A stretch of 64,000 nucleotides of DNA. It comes from Phycisphaerae bacterium. GTDB taxonomy: Bacteria; Planctomycetota; Phycisphaerae; UBA1845; UTPLA1. Shown here in pieces: positions 36,274 to 45,280 of this stretch; position 1 is the stretch's first letter; every line of letters begins with the position of its first letter. Below the pieces are notes generated by a model. That model saw only the letters and a program-made list of their open reading frames with translations, was not told the DNA's origin and did not search any database. The position numbers and the translations under genes were made by a program. Where the stretch lies: positions 416-64,415 of the forward strand of contig JAXMAO010000008.1 of NCBI GenBank assembly GCA_046350375.1, read 5' to 3'.

Positions 36274-39089
36274 ATGCCCGTACCGAACGATCCGCAGCGC
36301 GACGCCGATGCGCGGCCCGCCGGTCCGCCGCCCGCGTTGCGCGGCGAGCCGGGCGCGCTGGGCGAGGTCGACGCGCTGGCGAGCGGCGCGGGGCTGGGCA
36401 AGTATCGCATTCTTGAACGCATGCACGCCACGCGCCAGGCGACGCTCTACAAGGCGCGCGACGTGATGCTCGACCGGCTGGCGGCGATCAAGCAACTGGC
36501 GCCGGACCTGATCGACGACCCGCGGGCGTGCGGCCGCTTCCGCAAGGAGGCCTACACGCTGGCGCAGATCTCGCATGATGCGCGCTACGTGGTGGGCGTC
36601 TATGAGCTGATCGAGCAGCCGCGCGGCTTGTTCCTGGTGATGGAATACGTCCCGGGCTATTCGCTCGAGACGCTGATCACCAAGCGGCAGCTTTCGCTGC
36701 AGGGCACGCTGGAGCTGCTGGCGCGGTCGTGCCTGGGGCTGCGCTCGGTGCACGCGGCGGGGTTCATCCATCGCGACCTTTCGCCGCGGCACATCATCAC
36801 CGACCCGCGCTGCCGGCCGCGGATCGCCGACTTCTCGATGGCCATGAACGCCGGCGCCGAGCCCGACTACACCGTCGGCAGCCCGGCCTACACCGCGCCC
36901 GAGATCTACCTCGAACAGCCGTTCGACGACTGCATCGACATCTACTCGCTGGGCGTCATCGCCTACGAAATGCTGATCGGCCGGACCGAGTTCTCGCGGC
37001 TGACGCAGCGGACCATCGGGGCGATCGACGACCCGATCCGCTGGCTGGCGTGGCACGCCGATCCGGATTCGAGCTGGCCGGCCGCGAGCGAGCTCAATCC
37101 GCGCGTTCCGCCAATGCTGTCGGAGATCGTCGCACGGATGATGGCGCGGCAGCGCGACGAGCGGTTTTCAAACATCGACGACGTGCTGACGATGCTGGTG
37201 CGGCACTTCTCGCGCGCCCCGCGGCGCGTGCTGACGGGCGTTCCGGCGGGGCTGGTGGCCGGCACGCTGCCCGGCGCCGCGGTTGCGCCGATGCCGGCCG
37301 CGGCCGTCGGCGAACCGCGCCGCATCGTCGATGTCACCATCTTGCCGCCGGCAGCCGGCGTCTTCGAGCCGGGCCTGCCCCGCCGCGCCGGCTGCCGCAG
37401 CGCGCCGGCCGCGCCGATTGCGCGCCGCCCGCCGCCGTGCCGAGTGCGGCGCCGTCGTTCGCGCCGCCGCCGATGTTCGAGCCGATGGCCCCGACGATCG
37501 CCCCGGCGACGATTCCGCCGATCGACCAGCCGCGTGGCGGCGTCGAGCCCCGCACCGTCACCGGCAGTAACTCCTCGGTTGCTCCGCCGGCCGCGTCGCT
37601 GTTCGCCGGCGCCGTGCGGGCGGAAGTTGCGGGCGGCTACTCGCCGTTTGGCGGCGGGATGGCCGTGCGCCCGCCCGAGGCGCCGCTGGCGAGCAGCGGG
37701 CTGGTGAGCGGGCTGATCGCGGGCGTCGCGCCGGCCGGGTCGGCCCGGCAGACCCACACTGTGAGCGTTTCGGCGAGCACCGGTCCCGCGGCGATTCCGG
37801 GTCGCGGCGCCGCGGAAGTGCCGCTGCCCTGGGGGCGCGGCGAAGAGCAGCGCCGGCCGGTGGTTCGCTCGGTGCCGCCGCTGCGGCAGCGCGAGGCGCA
37901 CGAACTGGCGCTGGCGCGGCAGCGGGCGGCGCGGCGCCGGGCGGTGCGCCGGGCGTGCGTCACGCTGATCGGCATGGCGGCCATGTGCGGCGGCGGATGG
38001 TCGCTGCATCGCGTCTTTCCGGCGCTGCTGAGCGACTCGGCCAAGCAGATCGCCGCGCGGGTCGAGAGCGCCAAGGCGGCCTATCGCGCCGGCGACTATT
38101 CCAAGGCGGTGACGATTCTGACGGAGGTCGAGGCGGCGCGGGTCTCGGGCGTGATAGCGTCGGAACGGCGGGCCGAGGGGATTCGCTGGCTGTCGCTGGC
38201 CGAGGCCCGGGCGGCGCTGGCGGAGCGCAATCTCGACCTGGCCGAGATGAAGCTGAAGGAGGCCGTTTCGCGCGGCATCGAATATTCGCTGGTCGGCGAT
38301 CTGCAGCGGCAGCTCATCAAGGAGCAGAGCCTGGCGCAGCTGCGTCGCGGCTACGGTCGCAACGGCGAGAACGGCAAGGACAAGCCGCAGCCGACGATTC
38401 CGGACCTCGAGCCGCCGGCGGGTTCGGAGCCGCTGGCGATCAAGCCGAAGAGGCCGTCCGCACCGCTGGGCGCCGACGAGGAGCAAGACGGCAGCGAGCG
38501 CAGCTACCAGCGCCTGATGGAGGAGATGCGCGACGCCATGGGGCGCAAGGACTATGACGCCGCCTACCAGGCCATCGAGCGAATCCGCAGCCTGCGGCAC
38601 ACGCCCGAAACCGAGGACCTGTACGTCGAGATCGCCCAGCGCCGCGACGGCATGCTCGCGGCTGCGCAAGGCGACAGCGCCATGCTCCGCGGCAACTACG
38701 ACGAAGCTGTCGAACAGTACCGCGTCGCGGTGAAGAAGACCCACTCGGCCGAGCTGGAGCAGAAACTGAAACGCGCCCAGGCGATGGGGCTGATTCTCGA
38801 GGCCCGTACGTCGGCCGAGCTGGGCGACATCGACGAGGCCGTCAAGAAGCTGCGCTCCGCCGCGTGGCGCGACCCCACGTCCGACGCCAACCGCGAGCTG
38901 GCGGCGCTGCAGCCGGCGATTCGCGCCGTGGACGCCGTGCATCGCGGCGAACGCGCGATGCAGCTGGGCGACTACAGCGAGGCGGTTCGCCGGTTCGAGT
39001 CGGCTTTGAAAGACATCCCCGCGGCGCTCCGCGACGATCTCTACCAGAAGCTGAACGAGGCGCGCACCAAGGCGGCCAGCCCGCGCTAG
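36274..39089 (+). pseudogene. kinase-fold protein with degenerate catalytic motifs (pseudokinase), TM helix and helical C-terminal domain; apparent frame shift near 37375..37440
   Basis: The kinase fold is in ORF 36274..37707 (AAIKQL, HRDLSPRH, DFS, YTAPE, no Gly-rich loop). From ~37400 the coding signal (G/C third positions) moves to the frame of ORF 36729..39089 (...PSAAPSFAPPPMFEPMAPTIAP..., TM helix ACVTLIGMAAMCGGGW, then a ~330-aa helical domain). The 2816-nt length is not a multiple of 3. The alternative reading is two overlapping genes. Confidence 0.65.
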
Positions 39090-39330
39090 CGGGTCTTCCC
39101 GGTCGCCGCATTCCCGGCTGGCAGTGGTCTGCCTCGGGCCGTCCGCCAGACCCGGGGCCCCCTCTGGCTTCAGTCGGTTTCACCCGGCCGATGGGGCCGA
39201 AATCGGCGGTTTCTCGGCCGCCCGGGCCGGTCCGCACCTTGCGATCCTCATTTTCGTTGAACTTCCTGATTATCCCATGCCATGTAGACTGCGGCCGGGC
39301 AGCGTCGGTGCGGCCCCGCGGTGAGGCGCC

Positions 39331-39819
39331 ATGCCAGGTTCAGCCAGCGAGCTCGAAGTTCTCTACCGCCGGCACGGCGACGACCTGCGTCGCTACCTGC
39401 GCGGGCGGGTCCGCGACGACGGCGACGCCGATGACGCGCTGCAGGAGACGTTCGTTCAGGCGGCGCTCTATCCCGATCGCTGGGTGACGGCCCCCTCGCC
39501 GCGGGCCTGGCTGTTTGGCGTGGCGCGGCACGTGGCGAGCGGGCTGCGGCGCTCGTGGCGGACGTGGAAGAAGCTGCCGGACGAGCCGCCGGCGGCGGCG
39601 CCGGTCGAAGACGAGCGACTGGCTGCCGCGCGGCGGGCGCTCGCAGCGCTGCCCGACGAGCAGCGCGAGCCGCTCGAGCTGCGGCTGCTGGGCGAGTTGA
39701 GCTATGCCGAGATCGCCGCCGCGCTGGACCTGCCGATCGGCACGGTCCGCTCGCGGCTGCACTACGCGATGGAGCGGCTGCGCGCGGCGACGCACGCGGC
39801 GCTGGAGGACGAACGATGA
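39331..39819 (+). CDS. ECF-type RNA polymerase sigma factor
   Basis: 162 aa. Region 2 is DADDALQETFVQAAL...AWLFGVARHV and region 4 is LPDEQREPLELRLLGELSYAEIAAALDLPIGTVRSRLHYAMERLR. Confidence 0.88.
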   Translation: MPGSASELEVLYRRHGDDLRRYLRGRVRDDGDADDALQETFVQAALYPDRWVTAPSPRAWLFGVARHVASGLRRSWRTWKKLPDEPPAAAPVEDERLAAARRALAALPDEQREPLELRLLGELSYAEIAAALDLPIGTVRSRLHYAMERLRAATHAALEDER

Positions 39820-40307
39820 GTGATGAACGATTCCAGGCCTTGCTGCGGGACCGCGCCCTGGGCGTGCTCGAGGCCGACGTGGCGGCGCTGGTGGATGCCT
39901 GGGTCGCCGAGCATCCGGCGGCCGCCGAACGGCTGGCGGAGTATTCGACCGCGCTCGGCCTGGCGCGGCGGGCTCTGGCCGGGCGCGACGAGCCGCGCAC
40001 GCGACTCCCCGATTTTCCGGGCGAGCGCATCGCACGGCGGGCGCAGTGGCAGCGGCGCTGGTCGCACGTGCGCGTCTTGGCGGCGGCGGCCTGCGTCGGC
40101 CTGGCGTTTCTGCTCGGGCGCGGCAGCCGCGCGGGGGCGCCGGTGGTCGAGAGCCACATTGTGCAGGCTGAACCGAGCCGGGCCGCGACGGGCATCTGGT
40201 CGCGCTCGACGTGGCGCGGATCTGCGCCGGAGCGAATGGAGACGAGCCCGCCGGCGGTGCACTGGGTGTCGCCGCTGCGGATCGCACGAAAGGAAGTCAT
40301 GTCATGA
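39816..40307 (+). CDS. putative anti-sigma factor (single-pass membrane protein)
   Basis: The ATG overlaps the sigma stop (ATGA at 39816..39819): MSDERFQALLRDRALGVLEADVAALVDAWVAEHP... It has one TM helix (VRVLAAAACVGLAFLLG). The call rests on position and architecture only. Confidence 0.5.
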   Translation: MSDERFQALLRDRALGVLEADVAALVDAWVAEHPAAAERLAEYSTALGLARRALAGRDEPRTRLPDFPGERIARRAQWQRRWSHVRVLAAAACVGLAFLLGRGSRAGAPVVESHIVQAEPSRAATGIWSRSTWRGSAPERMETSPPAVHWVSPLRIARKEVMS

Positions 40308-41728
40308 AACGGCTGGGAGTTCCGGGGTTGATGGTGTTTGTGGCGCTGGCGTCCGGCTGTTTGCCGGAGAAGCGCATCCTGTGGTCGAAGGACGGTCGCA
40401 CGGCCGCGGTGCTGACGCCCGAGGGGCTGCGGCTGAGCAGCGCGGAAGGGCGGCTGTCGGGCGTGGTGGTTCCGCATGTGCGGCGCGGCGTGTGGGTGGC
40501 CGATCAGCAGCGGCTGGCGCTGGCGGTCGCGCACGAGGCGAAGACCGCGCGCGAGCTCGACGGGCTGCTGCTGCCCGGGCAGCGGACGCAGTTGGATTCC
40601 GCCGCGACTCGGCTGCGCGAGCAGGCGCTGGCGTTCAAGGGCAACTGGAACGACTTTCATCCGACGCTGCAGCCCGGCGAGGGCAACGGGCTGATGGCCG
40701 CGGCGCTTCTGCGGCTGCGCGACGCGCAGGATGCGGCTCTCCGAGCGCATGTCGGAACCGAGTGGGACAAGCTGGCCGACCTGTCGGCGACCGTCTGGAC
40801 CGTCGAGCTGGCGGACGTGCAGGAGCAGACGGCGCGCGTCGCCGCGCCGGTCCTGCGAACGTTCGAGGAAATCCGCGCGCTGGCGGTCTCGCCGAACGGG
40901 CGGCTGGTGGCGTATCTCTGCCAGCACGGCGACCAGGAATCGCTCGACCTGTACGCGGTCGACCTGCAGAAGCCCGGCGCACCGCGGCTGGTCTGCGCCG
41001 GCGTGACGTTCGGGTTCGACTGGAGCCCGGACAGCCGCTCGCTGGCGGTGATGCGCGCCTCCGGATACGTCCCCGAGAAGGAGGGCGCTTCGCTCGGCGC
41101 GGTAACGACGCTGGCCGTGGCCGGCGCCGACGGCGCGCTGCTGGAACCGTGGGGCGCCCAGGAAGAGCTGGCCGGCGTGCTGTTCGGGCCGATGCTGGCC
41201 GTGAAATGGCTGCCGGACGGCCGGCTGATCTTCAGCGCCGCCGAGGTGACGCTTCCGGCGACCACGGCGGACATGCCGAACCAGGTGACGTTCTTCGCGA
41301 TCGATCCGCGTCAGAAGGCGACCGTGACGCGTCTCACGCCGCGCTCGCGGCCGGCGCCGCTCAACGCGCCCGAGGGGCTGTTCGAGCTGTCGCCGGACGG
41401 GTCGCGGGCGCTGTTCCTCGGCGACCAGGGGGCGAAGGTCGCGGTGTATACGTTCGCGACCGGCGAGACCACCTGGCTCCGCGATCAGCCCGGTCGCGGC
41501 GACGAAGAGCGCATTGTTCCGGTGTGGCGAACCAGCGACGAGGTGTGCTACCTCGCGCGAGCGCCCGAGGTGCCGGGCGAAGAGCCGCGCGACGAGCTGG
41601 TGCTGCGGAAGCTGGGGGGCGAGCCGCGCCCGCTGAGCCGCACCTGGAAAGGCGAAGACGTGGACACGCTGATGAAGGGCAAGCCGAAACCGACGACCGC
41701 GCCGGCCAGCCAGCCGGCCAAGCCCTAG
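40304..41728 (+). CDS. lipoprotein with TolB/PD40-like beta-propeller repeats
   Basis: The ATG overlaps the upstream stop (ATGA at 40304..40307). MKRLGVPGLMVFVALASGC is a lipobox. Repeats include VSPNGRLVAYL..., FDWSPDSRSLAV and ELSPDGSRALFL. Confidence 0.7.
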   Translation: MKRLGVPGLMVFVALASGCLPEKRILWSKDGRTAAVLTPEGLRLSSAEGRLSGVVVPHVRRGVWVADQQRLALAVAHEAKTARELDGLLLPGQRTQLDSAATRLREQALAFKGNWNDFHPTLQPGEGNGLMAAALLRLRDAQDAALRAHVGTEWDKLADLSATVWTVELADVQEQTARVAAPVLRTFEEIRALAVSPNGRLVAYLCQHGDQESLDLYAVDLQKPGAPRLVCAGVTFGFDWSPDSRSLAVMRASGYVPEKEGASLGAVTTLAVAGADGALLEPWGAQEELAGVLFGPMLAVKWLPDGRLIFSAAEVTLPATTADMPNQVTFFAIDPRQKATVTRLTPRSRPAPLNAPEGLFELSPDGSRALFLGDQGAKVAVYTFATGETTWLRDQPGRGDEERIVPVWRTSDEVCYLARAPEVPGEEPRDELVLRKLGGEPRPLSRTWKGEDVDTLMKGKPKPTTAPASQPAKP

Positions 41729-41794
41729 CCGTCGCACGCGTCGCGCCGAGCGTCGCCGCGGCCCGCCGCGCCGGGCGAGAACTCGCACCGTCGC

Positions 41795-42877
41795 ATGGAC
41801 GGCCGGTCGGCCGGGCTGATACAACAGCGCCCGGTCGATCGGCCGTTTCCATTGGTTCGAAGGGCGAATTGCGTGTCGGGCGCGGCGTGCACAGTGGTGA
41901 TTCCGAACTACAACGGGCGGCGCTTCCTGCCGGCGCTGATGGCGTCGCTGGCGGCGCAGACGCGGCGCGACTTTGAGGTGGTGGTGGTCGACGACGGGTC
42001 GCGCGACGACGGCGTGGACTATCTGCGGCGCGAGTGGCCGGGCGTCCGCGTGCGGGTCAACGGACGCAACCTGGGCTTTGCCGGGACGTGCAACGCCGGC
42101 CTGCGCGAAGCGGGCACGCCGTTTGTCGCGCTGCTGAACAACGACACGCACGTCGCGCCCGACTGGCTCGCCGAGGCGCTGACACCGTTCGACGATTCGA
42201 CCGTGGGCTCGGTGGCGTCGCTCGTGCTGCTGGCCGATCCGCCGCACGCGATCGACACGGCCGGCGACCTCTACTCGGTGGTGGGCGGGGCGATGAAGCG
42301 CCTGCACGGCGCGCCGCGCGAACAGGCGGCCGGGCTGCGGCTCGACATCTTTTCGGCGTGCGGCGCGAGCGCGTTCTATCGCCGGGTGGCGCTCGACGAG
42401 GTGGGCCTGCTCGACGCGGCGCTGGTCAGCTACTACGAGGACGTCGAGCTGGGGTTCCGCCTGCAACTGGCGGGCTGGCGCTGCGTGCTGGCGCCGCGCT
42501 CGATCTGCTACCATCATCTCAACTCGTCGTACTCGCCGACCGGCTGGACGATGCACTATCACTCGTCGCGCAACGCGGAGATCGTCTGGTGGAGCCGGAT
42601 GCCGCCGCTGCTGCGCCGCCGGTATCTGCCCGCGCGGCTGATCTTCCTGGCGCTGCAGTTCGGCGCCGAATTGCTGCGCGGCCGGGCGGCGTCGTTTCTG
42701 GCAGGCAAGCGCGACGCCTGGCGAATGCGCGTCGCGATCAGCCAGCGCCGCGTCGCGGCGGCACGATTCACGCGTGTTTCGCACGCCGCGATGGATCGGC
42801 GGCTGACGCACAACTGGTGGGCCTTGCAGGCACAGCCGCGCTTCCGGCGGCTACGACAGATGCTCGGGTGGCGATGA
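41795..42877 (+). CDS. family 2 glycosyltransferase
   Basis: CTVVIPNYNGRRFLPALMASLAAQTRRDFEVVVVDDGSRDD...NLGFAGTCNAG...ALLNNDT, followed by YYEDVELGFR. An alternative GTG start lies at 41873. Confidence 0.85.
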   Translation: MDGRSAGLIQQRPVDRPFPLVRRANCVSGAACTVVIPNYNGRRFLPALMASLAAQTRRDFEVVVVDDGSRDDGVDYLRREWPGVRVRVNGRNLGFAGTCNAGLREAGTPFVALLNNDTHVAPDWLAEALTPFDDSTVGSVASLVLLADPPHAIDTAGDLYSVVGGAMKRLHGAPREQAAGLRLDIFSACGASAFYRRVALDEVGLLDAALVSYYEDVELGFRLQLAGWRCVLAPRSICYHHLNSSYSPTGWTMHYHSSRNAEIVWWSRMPPLLRRRYLPARLIFLALQFGAELLRGRAASFLAGKRDAWRMRVAISQRRVAAARFTRVSHAAMDRRLTHNWWALQAQPRFRRLRQMLGWR

Positions 42878-43653
42878 TCAGCATTTTGACGGTGAACTTT
42901 CACAGCGCCGCCGACGTGGCCGGGCTCGCGGCCGCGCTGGCGCCCGATCGTGCGGCCGCCGCGCTGGAGCTGATCGTCGTCAATCACTCGCCGCGCGAGC
43001 CGCTGGCGCTGCCGCCCGACTGGGCCGGCGCGAGCCGCGTGATCGACCAGCAGAACCGCGGCTTTGCGGCCGGCATCAACGCGGCGGCGCGGGTCGCCCG
43101 CGGCGAGACGCTGGCGATCGTGAACCCGGACGTGCGGCTGGGCGTTGCCGCGCTGCAAGCGGCCGAGCGCTTCCTGGCCGATCACCCGGACGTGGGCGTG
43201 GTCGCGCCGCGGCTGCTCTATCCGGACGGGCGGGTGCAGCCGTCGGTGCGGCGCTTCTACTCGTGGTCGACGGCGCTGTGGGCGCGCTCGCCGATGCGGA
43301 TGGCGGGTTGGGAGCCGGCGTTCTTTCGCGACTACCTGCGGCCGGCGGTGTCCGAGACCGGGCCGAGCGACGTCGACTGGGCCATGGGGGCGGCGCTGTT
43401 TCTGCGTCGGGCCGACTATCCGTCCGGCGAGATCTTCGACGAGCGGTTCTTCCTTTACTTCGAGGACGTGGACCTGTGCTATCGCGCCTGGCGGGCCGGC
43501 CGGCGCGTGGTTCACTGTCCGCACATCACCGCGGTGCACGCCCATCGCCGGCGCAGCGCCCGTCCGTTCGGCCGGCACGGCCGGTATCACCTCACGAGCT
43601 GGCTGAAGTTCATGCTCAAGCACGGCGGGCTGCCGGGCCGGCCGGGCGGCTGA
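42874..43653 (+). CDS. family 2 glycosyltransferase
   Basis: ATGA overlap with the upstream stop: MISILTVNFHSAADV...IVVNHSP...NRGFAAGINAA...IVNPDV...FFLYFEDVDLCYRAWRAG. Confidence 0.85.
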   Translation: MISILTVNFHSAADVAGLAAALAPDRAAAALELIVVNHSPREPLALPPDWAGASRVIDQQNRGFAAGINAAARVARGETLAIVNPDVRLGVAALQAAERFLADHPDVGVVAPRLLYPDGRVQPSVRRFYSWSTALWARSPMRMAGWEPAFFRDYLRPAVSETGPSDVDWAMGAALFLRRADYPSGEIFDERFFLYFEDVDLCYRAWRAGRRVVHCPHITAVHAHRRRSARPFGRHGRYHLTSWLKFMLKHGGLPGRPGG

Positions 43654-43660
43654 GCGGCGC

Positions 43661-45202
43661 GTGTCGCGGCGGGCGCGGCGCGGCTATGCTGCGTCGTTCG
43701 TAAGGGGAAGCGGCATGCTTTCGCGTCGGGCGCAGACCCTGGTGGCGGTGGGATTGCTGGCGGGCAACGTGGTCGCGTGGCTGATTCCGTCCAACGTGCT
43801 GACGCTGGTGGCGCGCGAGCAGGCCGTGCTGCTGGGGCGCTACTCGCGCCCGCACCTGCTGTGGCTGATCACGGCGGGCGCGGCGACACTCGTGGCGCTG
43901 CTGATGGGCTCCGCGGCCGACGCCCGCGCGCGGCGGCTGCGCGCGTTCAAGCTGGTGTCCGTCACGACGTTCGGCCTGCTGGCGTTTCTCGCGGCCGACG
44001 TGGCGCTGCGCTTCTTCACCCCGCTGCCCTACGTGCTCGACCGGGTCGCCTATCGCCGGCCGGCCAGCGCCGTCATCGAGACCACCTACGACGACCGCCC
44101 CGCGCCGGGCTGCGTCTATCCGGCCGATCCGCCGGGGTTCGGGCGGGTCGTCTGCCGGCTGTCGACCGACCGCAACGGCTTCCGAAACGGCGCCGACCGG
44201 GCCGCGTGCGACGTGGTGGCGCTGGGCGATTCGTTCACCGAGGGTTCGCGCGTCACCGACGGCGACCCGTGGCCCGCGCGGCTGGAGCGCGAGCTGTCGC
44301 GGAGCGTGGTGAATCTCGGCGTGTCGGGCTATTCGCCGCAGCACTGCGCCGCCGCCTGGGCCGACTTCGGTGCGGCGCTGCACCCGCGCGACGTGGTGCT
44401 GCTGCTCTACGAAGGCAACGATTTCCGCGCGGTCGACGCCGACGTCCGTAAGACGGTCAGCCTCAAGAAAATCATCCGCACGTCGCCGATCCTCGCCGGG
44501 CTCGAGCGGCTGCTGGTCGACCGGCTCGGGGCGATCAACCGCGGCGCGGCCGCGCGGCGACTCGATCTGCTGAGCTGGATGCCGATCGCGCTGCCCGCGT
44601 CCGGCGGCGTCAGCTACTACGCCTTCGCGCCCAAGCAACTGCTCGACCTCTACGGCCGGGCGACCGGCTTCGAACAGAGCCGCGAGTGGCAGGTGGCCCG
44701 GCAGACGCTGGGCGAGCTGCACGACGCGTGCGCCAGAAGCGGCGCGCGGCTGACGATCGCCTATGCGCCGGTCAAGGCGCGCGTCATCGTCCCGCTGGTG
44801 GCCGATCAACTGCCCGGCGAGAAAGTCCGCGCGTTTCTGTCGTTGCGATCGCGCCGTCTGCTGCCGCCCGCCACGGAGCTGATGGCCGACTTGCTGGCCG
44901 GGCTTGACCGCACCGAGGCGGTGGTGCGCGACTGGTGCGCCGCGCAGCGCGTGGAGTTCGTCAGCCTGACCCAGCCGCTGCGGCGCGCGGCCGCCGCCGG
45001 CCGGCAGACCTACTACACCTACGACCAGCACTGGACGCCGATCGGGCACGCCGTCGCTGCCGAGACGATCGCCGCGGCGCTGCGCGAGGTCGGCTCGGGC
45101 GGCACGATGGCGCGGCGTGCCGCGGCGGACGAGGGCCCGCCCGGCGCGTCGAGCCGGCCGGCGGCCGATTCTGGACAGGCGGCGCCGCGGGGCGGATCAT
45201 AG
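43661..45202 (+). CDS. membrane-anchored SGNH/GDSL-family hydrolase or O-acetyltransferase (AlgX/AlgJ-like)
   Basis: It has two to three N-terminal TM helices, block I VVALGDSFTEGS, VNLGVSGYSP, and the C-terminal YYTYDQHWTPIGH (a DxHW motif as in AlgJ/AlgX-type proteins). An alternative ATG lies at 43715. Confidence 0.65.
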   Translation: MSRRARRGYAASFVRGSGMLSRRAQTLVAVGLLAGNVVAWLIPSNVLTLVAREQAVLLGRYSRPHLLWLITAGAATLVALLMGSAADARARRLRAFKLVSVTTFGLLAFLAADVALRFFTPLPYVLDRVAYRRPASAVIETTYDDRPAPGCVYPADPPGFGRVVCRLSTDRNGFRNGADRAACDVVALGDSFTEGSRVTDGDPWPARLERELSRSVVNLGVSGYSPQHCAAAWADFGAALHPRDVVLLLYEGNDFRAVDADVRKTVSLKKIIRTSPILAGLERLLVDRLGAINRGAAARRLDLLSWMPIALPASGGVSYYAFAPKQLLDLYGRATGFEQSREWQVARQTLGELHDACARSGARLTIAYAPVKARVIVPLVADQLPGEKVRAFLSLRSRRLLPPATELMADLLAGLDRTEAVVRDWCAAQRVEFVSLTQPLRRAAAAGRQTYYTYDQHWTPIGHAVAAETIAAALREVGSGGTMARRAAADEGPPGASSRPAADSGQAAPRGGS

Positions 45203-45280
45203 GATTTGCAGATTCGAGCGCTGCGCCGCGCGTCAGCGCCGGGCGCAGGCGGGCGCCGCGCTCGCGGGAGGGCACCAGCG

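Noticed and set aside
39248-42811. 1187-aa minus-strand ORF
   Set aside because: It is antisense to five well-supported + strand genes (sigma, anti-sigma, lipoprotein, GT2 genes) and has shadow-frame composition.
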